Shown: one piece after another, positions 37,495 to 47,575 of the stretch
How the letters are laid out: the number at the start of each line of letters is the position of its first letter
Numbering within the stretch: the stretch's first letter is position 1
Made by a program: the position numbers and the translations under genes
Notes under the pieces: model-generated
Seen by the model: the letters and a program-made list of their open reading frames with translations, nothing else
Told to the model about the DNA's origin: nothing
Databases searched by the model: none
Source of the DNA: an uncultured Lachnospiraceae bacterium
Lineage (GTDB): Bacteria > Bacillota > Clostridia > Christensenellales > UBA1242
NCBI GenBank assembly: GCA_964606505.1
Contig: CAZSGM010000001.1
Coordinates: forward strand, 18,859 to 82,858
DNA: 64,000 bases
Direction of reading: 5' to 3'

Positions 37495-38200
37495 ACTTAA
37501 TTAAAATTTACATGCAACTTATTTTATAAGTAATAATAAGTTATTAGGTACAAATATTATTTAAGTACTTAACATATTATTTGTATTAGCTAATAGTAAT
37601 AGTTAAAAATATTATATGTACTTATTATATATGAGTAAATAAAATATTGTAATACAAATATAATGTGTTAACATAAATTATTTTGAGTATTAAATTAATA
37701 TTAGTACTTAAAATATTATTAAAAATAAAATAATATGTATAAGTCTATTATATTATCATAAAATTATTGGAGTACTAATAATAAAGTAAGTACTATTATT
37801 AAGTATAATAAATATTATTAGTACTAAAAAATTTATGTACTAACAATTTAATAAGTACTAAATTATGTAAATACTGATAAATTAATAAGTACTTAAATTA
37901 TATAAGTAAAAAAATGTAAAACGTACGAATTATACATAAGTACAAAAAATATATAACGTAATAATATTATATGATTACGAATAATATAGAATGAACTAGT
38001 ATAAATAAGTACTAATAACTTAATAAGTACTAAAATATTGTAGTACTAATAATAAAATAAGTACTACAACTAAATAGGTACTAGAAATATATTGATATAA
38101 TAATATATTGTACGTAAAAATGTTGTTCGTACTAGAAATTATAACACTAAAAATAGTTTAAGTACGTATAAATTAAATTAGTAATAAAATTATAAGTGCC
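37495..38200. repeat. AT-rich AGTACT-core iteron array, block 2
   Basis: AGTACT starts at 37564, 37703, 37771, 37789, 37820, 37854, 37888, 38008, 38026, 38042 and 38060. The site at 37560-37573, TTTAAGTACTTAAC, matches the palindrome at 13/14 positions. Confidence 0.8.
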
Positions 38201-38435
38201 AATGTAAAAACAAAAGATGCGTAATTATATAATTTATTTTGAGTAGAAACAACAAGACAAGAACTGCATAAAAATTAATTGCGTACCATATGAAATTAAA
38301 TCACAAATGAAAGTTTAATACTCATCAAATAAATTTTAGACAATTAAGTAAAAAAAATATAGCATCACTAAAAACACACTATTTCAAATACAAAAATAAA
38401 AAGCAAAAAATCCATAATTCATTACAATTCTAGAC

Positions 38436-38464
38436 TTGACTAATTTGTGGATAAGTGGTATAAT
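38436..38464 (+). promoter_or_regulatory. dnaA promoter with a perfect DnaA box in the spacer
   Basis: TTGACT (38436-38441), a 17-nt spacer containing TGTGGATAA (38446-38454), then TATAAT (38459-38464). The dnaA ATG is 7 nt after the -10. Confidence 0.7.
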
Positions 38465-38470
38465 CAAGCT

Positions 38471-39829
38471 ATGGATAATAAGATTTTGAAAGGTTGGGAA
38501 AACGTCCTAACACGAATGGCTACAAACATTTCAGCCGTCAGTTTTGATTTATGGTTAAAACCGCTTGAGGTAATCGACTTAAAAGACAACGCAATCATTC
38601 TATCAGCACCAAGTGTTGTTACAAAAAGTCAAATTTTAAAAAATTTTAAGGAAGAACTTTTGAACGCAATTTCTGCAGAGTTTGAGAATGTTATGGGTTT
38701 TGAGCTGTTTACACCTGAAGAGAAGGAAGAGTACTTAAAATACAATAAACCGTTTGAAGAGGAAATACAGCAATCGACTGCGCCTAACTCGCTCGACAAC
38801 TTCAACCCAAAGTACACGTTTGATAACTTCGTCGTCGGCAAAAGTAACCAGTTTGTTTACACGGCGTGCAGGGCGGTTGCGGAAAACCCCGCAATGCGTT
38901 TTAACCCGCTGTTCATTTACGGGGGCGTTGGACTTGGAAAGACCCACTTGTTGCACGCGATAGGTAATTACATAAAAAACAACCTAAAAGACAAAAAAAT
39001 CGTCTACGTAACTTGTGAAAACTTTATCAACGACTATGTTTATGCGCTCAAATTCAACTCATCAAACGATACAATCATAACAAACTTTAGAGAGAAATAC
39101 CGCAACGTTGACGTTCTAATGGTTGACGACATACAGTTCATTTCTGAGAAAAAAGCGTTGCAAGAGGAATTTTTCCACACATTTAACGACCTTTACCAAA
39201 AAAACAAGCAAATTATCATTAGCTCAGACCGACCACCGCGCGAAATTTCAGCACTTGAGGATAGATTGAAATCGAGGTTTGGAAGCGGACTTATTCAAGA
39301 TATACAAAAACCTGACCTTGAAACCCGAATTGCTATCTTGGAGAAAAAGGCAACAATTGAAAATTACAACATCGAAAAAGACGCGATTAAGTTTATCGCA
39401 GAAAGAGTTGACTCAAACATTCGTGAAATGGAAGGGTTCCTATCAAAAGTTATTTTCTTTAGTTCGCTTCTAGGTAAAGATGTGGCAACAGTTGATGACG
39501 CTCAAGAAGCACTTAAAAATTACATTGAAACAAACAAAGAATCATTAAGCACTGACAGGATTATTCACGTCGTTTGTGATTACTTCAATGTTACAAAAGA
39601 CGACCTAATTGGCAAAAAGAAAACAAAAGAAATTGTAACCGCTCGCCAAATTTGTGTTTATCTCATAACAGAAATGATGGATTTACCATTGACGGCAATT
39701 GGTGAAATTTTCGGCGGAAGAGACCATACAACAATAATTCATTCACGCGATAAAATCGAAGAAATGGTTAGAAATAAGACAAACGTAAATGTTGCGGTTA
39801 ACGACCTTAAAGCAATGCTTGAAAACTAA
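38471..39829 (+). CDS. dnaA: chromosomal replication initiator protein DnaA
   Basis: Walker A GGVGLGKTHLLHAIG, sensor motifs, and C-terminal HTH ..GRDHTTIIHSRDKI. The ATG at 38471 is preferred over the track GTG at 38447, which lies inside the promoter. Confidence 0.92.
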   Translation: MDNKILKGWENVLTRMATNISAVSFDLWLKPLEVIDLKDNAIILSAPSVVTKSQILKNFKEELLNAISAEFENVMGFELFTPEEKEEYLKYNKPFEEEIQQSTAPNSLDNFNPKYTFDNFVVGKSNQFVYTACRAVAENPAMRFNPLFIYGGVGLGKTHLLHAIGNYIKNNLKDKKIVYVTCENFINDYVYALKFNSSNDTIITNFREKYRNVDVLMVDDIQFISEKKALQEEFFHTFNDLYQKNKQIIISSDRPPREISALEDRLKSRFGSGLIQDIQKPDLETRIAILEKKATIENYNIEKDAIKFIAERVDSNIREMEGFLSKVIFFSSLLGKDVATVDDAQEALKNYIETNKESLSTDRIIHVVCDYFNVTKDDLIGKKKTKEIVTARQICVYLITEMMDLPLTAIGEIFGGRDHTTIIHSRDKIEEMVRNKTNVNVAVNDLKAMLEN

Positions 39830-39909
39830 TGTGTAGACAAAATCCAAATTACACAAAAAAATATTACATCACTTAAAAATGGTAAAAATCTTAAAAAAAC
39901 ACTAAAAAG

Positions 39910-39931
39910 CACGTTTTTAACGTGTTTTTTT
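39910..39931 (+). terminator. intrinsic terminator after dnaA
   Basis: CACGTT-TTT-AACGTG followed by T7. Confidence 0.6.
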
Positions 39932-40196
39932 GATGTTTTTACACATATTTTTTGAAAATTACGCAATTTTTAATAGTAAAAAAATAATATGTAGACAATT
40001 TTTTTAAGGTGTTTACCACTAATTTCATTGCCATTATAAGTGCATTTAAATCAATTAAAAAATTCTTGTCGTTTTTTTTTGCTGTATTATTTTTTTTAAT
40101 AAGTATAAATTATCAATTAAAAGAATTAAAAATTATATTCAATATTTTTCATGAAAAATCTAGCTTAATTTCAAAAATAGAATATTCAAAAAAATA

Positions 40197-40225
40197 TTGT
40201 ATTTTTCTATAAAAAATGGTATAAT
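40197..40225 (+). promoter_or_regulatory. extended -10 promoter of mnmE
   Basis: TTGTAT, a 17-nt spacer, TGgTATAAT (40217-40225). The ATG is 7 nt after the -10 and there is no SD. Confidence 0.55.
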
Positions 40226-40231
40226 TTATTC

Positions 40232-41575
40232 ATGGAAAATAATGAAAAAACAATAGTTGCAGTTGCAACTCCAATTGGAAGCGCGGGCGTCGGGATTGTT
40301 CGTTTGAGTGGCAGTCAAAGTTTTGAGATTGCGCAACAAATGTTTAACAAAACAATTTCGCAGCCGCGTTATATGTATTTAGGAAAAATCAAAACAGAAA
40401 AACTTGATGAATTTGGTTTTGTAGTTTACTTTAAGGCGCCAAACTCATATACAGGTGAAGATGTTATCGAATTTCAAGTACATGGTGGTGTACTAATATT
40501 AAATGAAGTCGTTAAGCAATGTTTAAAACTTGGGGCGACGATGGCGGAGCGTGGAGAGTTTACAAAGCGGGCGTTTTTAAACGGCAAGGTTAGTTTAAAT
40601 GAGGCTGAAAGCTTGATGGATTACATCAATGCACAGTCGGATGCTGAATTAGTTGCAAGCAAAAACTTGTTAAATGGCGCATTTTCTACGCAAATCAATG
40701 ATTTTATCGACAATTTAAAGGATTGCTTGGCACAAATAAATGTAACACTAGATTATCCTGAGCACGATGATGAGCTAAAAACAGCACAAAATATCAAAAA
40801 ATTGCTGCAAAACCTTGAAATTAAGGTTGAAAAACTTATAAACTCATATAAATATGGGAAATTAATCAAAAACGGAGTCAATGTTTGTCTAGTTGGCGAA
40901 CCGAATGTTGGAAAGTCATCCATTATGAACGGGTTAATGAATCTTGACGTTGCAATTGTTACCGACATTGCGGGCACAACAACGGACGCCATTAAAGAGT
41001 CCTATATATATAAGGATATAAGATTTAACATTATTGATACTGCAGGCATACGCGAGAGCAAAAATGTTATTGAGCAAATTGGAATTGTAAGAACGAAACA
41101 AAATATTGATTTGGCTGACTTGGTTTTGTGTGTATTTGATTGCTCAAACATTTCTAACCTTGAGGCAATATTACAAGAAACTCAAAATAAATCGCGTTTA
41201 CTTGTTTTTAATAAAAAAGACCTTAAAAATGACCAAAATTTTGATAAAAACGCATTAAAAAACGAAAATTTCATTGAAATTAGCGCAAAAAACAGTGAGG
41301 ATATCGCCGCGCTAAAAGAAAAAATTTATTCAACAATTATTAGCGACAACTTCAACCTTGACTCGTTCGTGATTTTAAACCAGAGGCATTATGAAATGTT
41401 AAACTTGGCGCGTGAGGCAATTGAACGTGCGGTTAGCAACATTGATATTGTAACGCTTGATTGCACGGCTTGCGATGTTATGGACGCATATGGTGCGCTT
41501 GCTGGTATCGTGGGGCACGGCGATATAGAAGAAATAATTGACACTATTTTTTCAAAGTTTTGTTTAGGCAAATAA
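40232..41575 (+). CDS. mnmE: tRNA modification GTPase MnmE
   Basis: G1 motif GEPNVGKSS, DTAGIRE, and the C-terminal CLGK. Confidence 0.9.
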   Translation: MENNEKTIVAVATPIGSAGVGIVRLSGSQSFEIAQQMFNKTISQPRYMYLGKIKTEKLDEFGFVVYFKAPNSYTGEDVIEFQVHGGVLILNEVVKQCLKLGATMAERGEFTKRAFLNGKVSLNEAESLMDYINAQSDAELVASKNLLNGAFSTQINDFIDNLKDCLAQINVTLDYPEHDDELKTAQNIKKLLQNLEIKVEKLINSYKYGKLIKNGVNVCLVGEPNVGKSSIMNGLMNLDVAIVTDIAGTTTDAIKESYIYKDIRFNIIDTAGIRESKNVIEQIGIVRTKQNIDLADLVLCVFDCSNISNLEAILQETQNKSRLLVFNKKDLKNDQNFDKNALKNENFIEISAKNSEDIAALKEKIYSTIISDNFNLDSFVILNQRHYEMLNLAREAIERAVSNIDIVTLDCTACDVMDAYGALAGIVGHGDIEEIIDTIFSKFCLGK

Positions 41576-41696
41576 TTGATAAATATTCTTTTAAAATGCA
41601 AAAGCTGTAAAAATTCAAAAAAAACGATAAAAATCAAAGAAAAAGCATCAAAAAATGCGTTTTTTGATGCTTTTTATCGCAAAAACGGAGGAAAAT

Positions 41697-43574
41697 ATGG
41701 AAAATCTTATTGATTATGAAGATTATGATGCGATAGTTATTGGCGCGGGGCACGCAGGTAGTGAGGCGGGATTGGCACTTGCGCGGCTGGGACACAAAAC
41801 GCTTGTTTTAACAATCAATCTTGATGCTGTTGGGTTTTTGGCGTGTAACCCATCTATTGGTGGTTCCGCAAAGGGGCATTTGGTATGCGAAATGGATGCA
41901 CTTGGCGGGCAGATGGGGCGAACAGCGGATGAAACAATGTTGCAGATAAAAATGTTAAACCTTGGTAAGGGACCCGCTGTTCATAGTTTGCGCGCTCAGG
42001 TAGATAAGGTTGAATATCACAAAGCTACCAAACAAGTTATGGAAAATCAAGAAAACCTTTTCTTAAAACAAGGTGAAGTTAAGGAAATTTTGGTTGAAAA
42101 CGGCAAAGTTGTCGGTGTTGTAACTGCTACAAATGAAAAATTTACTTGTAAAACCATTGTTGTATGTACAGGGGTTTATTTAAAATCAAAAATCATTATC
42201 GGAGAATACATTGAAAATATTGGGCCTAGCGGGTTTAAACAGGCAAGTTTTTTGTCAGACTCGCTGCAAAAACTTGGTTTTGAGCTTAGGCGATTTAAAA
42301 CAGGAACTCCGCCGCGAATTGACGCGCGTACAATGGATTTTAGCAAAATGGAAATTCAGTTGGGCGATGACGATATTCAAAGTTTTTCTGTGCTAACCGA
42401 ACAAAAGAAAGAAAATGTTAGTCCTTGCTATTTAGTTTACACAAACAATAACTCACATAATACAATTAAAGAAAATATACATCGCGCGCCACTGTACAAT
42501 GGGTTGATTAACGGTGTGGGGGCACGATATTGTCCGTCAATTGAGGATAAAGTTATGCGTTTTGCGGACAAAGAACGCCACCAATTATTTTTGGAACCTG
42601 AAAGCGCGTCAACGAATGAATGGTATTTGCAGGGGTTTGGAACTTCGCTGCCAGTTGATGTTCAAAGAAAAACCGTTCAAACTATGGATGGGCTGGAGCG
42701 TGCGTTTATTATGCGCGATGGCTATGCAATTGAATACGATTGTATTGACAGCACGAAATTGTTACCGACACTCGAAAGTAAAGATATTGAGGGGTTGTAC
42801 TTTGCGGGACAGATTAATGGAACTTCTGGTTATGAGGAGGCAGGCGCGCAAGGATTGCTTGCGGGGATTAATGCGAGCCTCAAAATGAGAAGTGAAGAGC
42901 CGCTTGTTTTAAAACGCTCGGAAAGTTACATTGGTGTTTTGATAGATGATTTGGTTACAAAAGGGACAAACGAGCCATATCGAATGATGACCTCGCGTGC
43001 TGAGTTCCGCCTGCAGCTTAGACAGGACAACTGCGACTTGCGGCTTACAGAGTATGGGCATAGAGTTGGGCTTGTTGGCGAAAAACAGTACGAAATCTAC
43101 AAAAATAAGCAAAAAAACATTGAAAATGCAAGAAAAATCACAAAAAATACGATAAAACCCGATAAAATTATTAATGATTACTTAACGTCGGTTGGCGAAC
43201 CAGTCATTCAAACAGGAACAACAATTGAAAGTTTGTTGAAGCGAGCGCGCGTTGATATTTACTCGTTGAATGAATGCCTGCACGTGTTTGACGAGTTTGA
43301 CAAATCGGTTTTAGATGAAATCAATATTGAGATTAAATATGAGGGGTATTTAAAACGTCAATTGCAGCAAATTGAACAGCAAACGAAATCGGAAAATTAT
43401 AAACTTGACCCCAATTTGGATTATATGAACATTGAGGGGTTGAGAATTGAGGCAAGGCAAAAACTTGATAAAATTAAACCGCTCACATTGGGACAGGCGA
43501 GCAGAATTTCAGGAGTTAATCCTGCAGATATTTCGGTTTTACTGATTTATTTAAAGAAAAACGCAAAAAATTAG
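41697..43574 (+). CDS. mnmG: tRNA uridine 5-carboxymethylaminomethyl modification enzyme MnmG (GidA)
   Basis: YDAIVIGAGHAGSEA FAD fold. Start trimmed to ATG after GGAGG. Confidence 0.92.
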   Translation: MENLIDYEDYDAIVIGAGHAGSEAGLALARLGHKTLVLTINLDAVGFLACNPSIGGSAKGHLVCEMDALGGQMGRTADETMLQIKMLNLGKGPAVHSLRAQVDKVEYHKATKQVMENQENLFLKQGEVKEILVENGKVVGVVTATNEKFTCKTIVVCTGVYLKSKIIIGEYIENIGPSGFKQASFLSDSLQKLGFELRRFKTGTPPRIDARTMDFSKMEIQLGDDDIQSFSVLTEQKKENVSPCYLVYTNNNSHNTIKENIHRAPLYNGLINGVGARYCPSIEDKVMRFADKERHQLFLEPESASTNEWYLQGFGTSLPVDVQRKTVQTMDGLERAFIMRDGYAIEYDCIDSTKLLPTLESKDIEGLYFAGQINGTSGYEEAGAQGLLAGINASLKMRSEEPLVLKRSESYIGVLIDDLVTKGTNEPYRMMTSRAEFRLQLRQDNCDLRLTEYGHRVGLVGEKQYEIYKNKQKNIENARKITKNTIKPDKIINDYLTSVGEPVIQTGTTIESLLKRARVDIYSLNECLHVFDEFDKSVLDEINIEIKYEGYLKRQLQQIEQQTKSENYKLDPNLDYMNIEGLRIEARQKLDKIKPLTLGQASRISGVNPADISVLLIYLKKNAKN

Positions 43575-43595
43575 CAATTTTTGCGTTTTTTTTAT
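43561..43595 (+). terminator. intrinsic terminator overlapping the mnmG stop
   Basis: ACGCAAAAA-ATTAGCAA-TTTTTGCGT followed by T8. Confidence 0.7.
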
Positions 43596-43858
43596 TAAAT
43601 TTACTCATTTTTTAATAAAAAACGGCGTTGAATCCTAGTTTTTTGTGTTTTATAGTTTATTTTTTTTGTTGTAATAAGGATTATATTGTTAGTATTTTAT
43701 GTCGGTTTTTAAGTATATAATGAGGATAGTAGGGTTGTGACAGAATGTTTTTTTGTGAAAAGTTTAATTTGTGGAAGTTTAAAAAATATAAGTGCATTGT
43801 AAAGTAAACCCCAAAGGGGGCACTTCAATTGCTTGTTAGGCGCTTTTTATTTTTTATG

Positions 43859-43867
43859 TGTGGATAA
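43859..43867. promoter_or_regulatory. perfect DnaA box in the mnmG-parA gap
   Basis: TGTGGATAA. Confidence 0.6.
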
Positions 43868-44171
43868 TTCATGTTAGTGTATAAGTTGCAACTATAAGTT
43901 GTTTTTAAGTATATATTTCAGTTGGCAGGGAGTTCGAAGGCGTCTTTATTTGTAGAAAGAATGGTTTTACGTAAATTGGTATAATTTTATATTTTTTGTA
44001 TATTTTGTCGAAATTTCGCCGCAATTTGGGCGTTATAACCCGTCAAAAGTAGGGGTAAGGTTGCATTTTTTAGGATAAAGTCAAGTATTTGTGTGTCCGA
44101 GGGGTGCTTTGTGAATTTACCCCCACTTTTGTGCATTTTTTAACGCGATTTATCTTAATACACCTAAAATA

Positions 44172-44185
44172 GTTAAGTACTTAAC
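44172..44185. promoter_or_regulatory. perfect palindrome GTTAAGTACTTAAC, copy c
   Basis: Context AAAATAGTTAAGTACTTAACCATATTTTT. Confidence 0.6.
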
Positions 44186-44624
44186 CATATTTTTATAGGC
44201 GTTTCACGTTCTTGAGTTTATCGAACAAATGTTTTATAAAATATTTATATGAGTATGTGAATGAATAGGTGTGGTTTAGTTGGGGTAAAAGTAGTTTCTT
44301 AGTGTGAATTTTTTGTTGTTGTGGGTAAGTTATTTTGTGGTAATATTTAAGTTGTGCACAGTTGCTTTATTTGCGTTGCAGGGATGTTTTGTTTTTAGAC
44401 AAAATACAGGTTTAGAAAGTGTTGTGGGCTAGTGGGGAATGGGAACTTTGAAAAAGTTTTTGCGTGGGAGTTATTAGTGGATATATTAATATAGAATAAA
44501 AAAAAGTTAGGAAAATCATTTTTTTTTGAAAAAAATTTGCTCAATTTCATTTTTCTTGTGCAAATAAAGTGATTTTTTATTTAAAACGTGTTATAATATA
44601 AAAAATCAATATAAGGAGATGTGT

Positions 44625-45398
44625 ATGGGAAAAATAATTTCGTTCGTAAATCAGAAAGGAGGAGTTGGGAAAACGACAACGTGCGTTAATTTGTCTGCAT
44701 TTATTGCTGCGTCTGGTAAAAAAACGCTGCTCGTCGATATGGACCCTCAAGGGAACGCGTCTAGCGGCTTGGGAGTTGAGAAGGGTGGAAACCTAAAGAC
44801 GGTTTACAGCGTTTTGGATGGCGAGTGCCCAATTCAGGAAGCAATTTCGTCTACAATGATTAAAAACCTTTCAATTTTGCCTGCGACTGTTGATTTGGCA
44901 GGGGCTGAAATCGAGCTGGTTTCGGTTAATAATAGGGAAAAGGTGTTAAAGGAAAGCCTTTCAAATGTTAAAGATGAATATGATTACATTATGATTGACT
45001 GTCCGCCTTCGCTCGGATTGTTGACAATCAACGCACTGTCCGCCTCTGATACGGTTTTAATTCCTATTCAGTGTGAGTTTTATGCGCTCGAGGGATTAAG
45101 TCAGTTGATGAATACTATTAAACTTGTTAAAAAACACTTAAATCCAGAACTTGAGATTGAGGGTGTTATTATGACAATGAAAGATAACCGTTCAAACCTC
45201 GTGCAGCAGGTTTCGGAGCAAATTAGACAATATTTTGGCAAAAAAGTGTTTGAAACCACAATTCCAAGAAATATTAGGCTTGCAGAAGCGCCAAGCCATG
45301 GCGTTCCGGTTTATTTGTACGATAGTAAATGCTCGGGTGCGCTTGCTTACCGTGCTATGGCAGAAGAATTTTTGAAGAAAAACAAAAGGAGAGCGTAA
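44625..45398 (+). CDS. parA: chromosome partitioning ATPase ParA/Soj
   Basis: Deviant Walker A NQKGGVGKTTT. Start at ATG, 6 nt after AAGGAG. Confidence 0.9.
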   Translation: MGKIISFVNQKGGVGKTTTCVNLSAFIAASGKKTLLVDMDPQGNASSGLGVEKGGNLKTVYSVLDGECPIQEAISSTMIKNLSILPATVDLAGAEIELVSVNNREKVLKESLSNVKDEYDYIMIDCPPSLGLLTINALSASDTVLIPIQCEFYALEGLSQLMNTIKLVKKHLNPELEIEGVIMTMKDNRSNLVQQVSEQIRQYFGKKVFETTIPRNIRLAEAPSHGVPVYLYDSKCSGALAYRAMAEEFLKKNKRRA

Positions 45399-46315
45399 TG
45401 ATTAAAAAAGGATTAGGCAAAGGATTGGATGCGTTGTTTTCAGTTTACGACAACGACGACAGCAAACAAGATGAGCAAATTAAAAAATATGAAGCAAAAA
45501 ACAACATAAAAACGGTTGAAAATGGGGTTTTAGAGGTCGAATTAAGCAAAATTCAACCAAATCCTAATCAGCCAAGAAAGAATTTTGATAAAACGGCGCT
45601 TGAAGAGTTGCGCGATTCCATCAAAATCCATGGGGTTATTCAGCCAATTGTTTTGGCAAAACACATTGATGGTGGATACATAATTATTGCGGGCGAACGT
45701 CGTTTTAGGGCGAGCCAAATGGCGGGGCTTAAGTGCATTCCTGCAATAGTTAAAGACTACACAGAAAGGCAAATTAAAGAGATTGCGCTTATTGAAAACC
45801 TGCAAAGAGAGGATCTTAACCCGATTGAAACGGCAAGGGCGCTCAAAGAGGTTATGCTTGAGTACAATATGACGCAAGATGAACTTGCAGATAGAATAGG
45901 AAAGAGTCGCTCTGCAATTGCAAATACATTGAGATTGTTGTCTTTAAGTAGTGAAGTTCTCAAACTTGTCGAGATGGGCAAATTATCCGCTGGGCACGCG
46001 CGTACGTTGGTTGTTGTAACAGATAGTACAATGCAATATTCGCTTGCGCTTAAAGCTAGTGAGGACAAGATGTCTGTGCGCGACCTTGAAAAAGCCGTTA
46101 AAGATGCTTTAAATCCACCCGTAAAAAAGCGCAAACTTGAACGCGTGCAATCGTTGGAACTTAAAGAACTTGTAAGCGATATGCAAAAAGTATTCTCTAC
46201 AAAGGTTTCAGTGCTTGGAAGCGACAATAAAGGGCGCATTTACATTGATTATTTCAATCGCGACGACTTAAATAGAATTTGCGACTTGATAGATTACCTT
46301 AAAAACAGGTTATAA
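45398..46315 (+). CDS. parB: chromosome partitioning protein ParB/Spo0J
   Basis: GLGKGLDAL, IQPNPNQPRK, GERRFRA. The start overlaps the parA stop (TAATG). Confidence 0.9.
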   Translation: MIKKGLGKGLDALFSVYDNDDSKQDEQIKKYEAKNNIKTVENGVLEVELSKIQPNPNQPRKNFDKTALEELRDSIKIHGVIQPIVLAKHIDGGYIIIAGERRFRASQMAGLKCIPAIVKDYTERQIKEIALIENLQREDLNPIETARALKEVMLEYNMTQDELADRIGKSRSAIANTLRLLSLSSEVLKLVEMGKLSAGHARTLVVVTDSTMQYSLALKASEDKMSVRDLEKAVKDALNPPVKKRKLERVQSLELKELVSDMQKVFSTKVSVLGSDNKGRIYIDYFNRDDLNRICDLIDYLKNRL

Positions 46316-46365
46316 TATGCTCAATACCATTAATATGTATTCAATGTGTACTTATTTAAAGTTTA

Positions 46366-46395
46366 AAGATTGACAAATGTCAATCTTTTTTATTT
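46366..46395 (+). terminator. intrinsic terminator after parB
   Basis: AAGATTGAC-AAAT-GTCAATCTT followed by a T run. Confidence 0.75.
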
Positions 46396-46969
46396 TCGCC
46401 CCGTATTTATCATATAATACGCCTATGTGGGCGCAAATATATAAATACGGAAGCATTTAAAAAGCTTTTAAGTGAAATTATTTTAATAAGCAAAGAAATT
46501 TCAGTATGAGAACTAAATTCAATATAAATAAAACGCTGATTCTCATCAAAAAATAGCGTTTTATTTGTTGTTTTTTTTAAAAACTCACATTGTTATGCGA
46601 TACACCGTCAATTTGATTAATATCCTAACTTAAATGTATTATTGCTTAAATGGGACACCTAAGCAATAATAACCTATAAAAATAATAATTTAATTGATAT
46701 TTAAGGCAATGTCTGCCGGATTTGGATTGAATTCTAGTAAATACAACAAGAATGGCAACCGTGTTTGTTGAGCTGTTGTTTTAATGGGGGTAAAGCTACA
46801 TAGTGATAAACTTGTTAATATGTGTTGTGGACAACGACATTTCCTATAGTGCATTAACCACGTAGAGGCAAGATAATTAAATAAATAAAACATGTAGCAG
46901 TGGTGGCAATCAAGTAGATATTGCAGCAATTATGTGCTATAGTTAAGTAATTGCGCAGAGTTAATAGTT

Positions 46970-46985
46970 TGTTTCACGTGAAACA
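46970..46985. promoter_or_regulatory. parS site 1 (perfect consensus)
   Basis: TGTTTCACGTGAAACA. Confidence 0.9.
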
Positions 46986-47559
46986 ATGTTGATTGCGGTT
47001 GTAGGCGTTGGGTGTTTTCATATTAGAATAGGACAAACAGGTAGGGCTTGGCATTTTGTAAGGTGTTTTTATTGCGCAGTGTACACTGAGTGAAACATAT
47101 GTTTAATTAGAATAAGTATGCTTAATAGGACAATTACGCTATGTATACTATGAGTTCAAATAAAATAAATAGATTATACATAATAACATACACGTAGCAT
47201 GCGGCATATAGTGTATAGCACGCAATATAATACATAATGAATAATAGACAATACAAATAGAATATATAATATTTAATGTATAATATGTAATTTATAATAC
47301 ACATTATACAACATAGAGGATATAAAATGTAAAAATGCTACGCAGTAATGGCTGAATGCTATAACGTATATGGTATTGCTATGCTTACATTGTATTTTGC
47401 AAGTTATAAAACAATTGTTGTAATATGTAATATATAGCATATAGAACACACTATATTAAATAATCCGCTTTATATTATTACTACTGTTGTGTTTAATGGG
47501 TGAACACTGCTGATAATTGATTTTGCAATTGACTACATATTGTGCAGTTTTCGTGAGGA

Positions 47560-47575
47560 TGTTTCACGTGAAACA
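47560..47575. promoter_or_regulatory. parS site 2 (perfect consensus)
   Basis: TGTTTCACGTGAAACA. Confidence 0.9.

Noticed and set aside
36240-38200. Considered whether the repetitive AT-rich blocks are a CRISPR array or satellite-like tandem repeat.
   Set aside because: There is no constant-length direct repeat alternating with unique spacers. Motif spacing is irregular outside the short 16-18 bp sub-arrays, and no cas genes are nearby.
43575-44624. Looked for an rsmG (gidB) remnant between mnmG and parA.
   Set aside because: No open frame or recognisable SAM-binding motif could be seen by eye. It is reported only as an absence, to be tested by blastx.
46405-46575. Possible ~150-nt sRNA between a CATATAAT -10-like element and the hairpin AAAACGCT..AGCGTTTT plus T run downstream of parB.
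   Set aside because: The -35 is poor and the hairpin loop is long (17 nt). There is no independent support.
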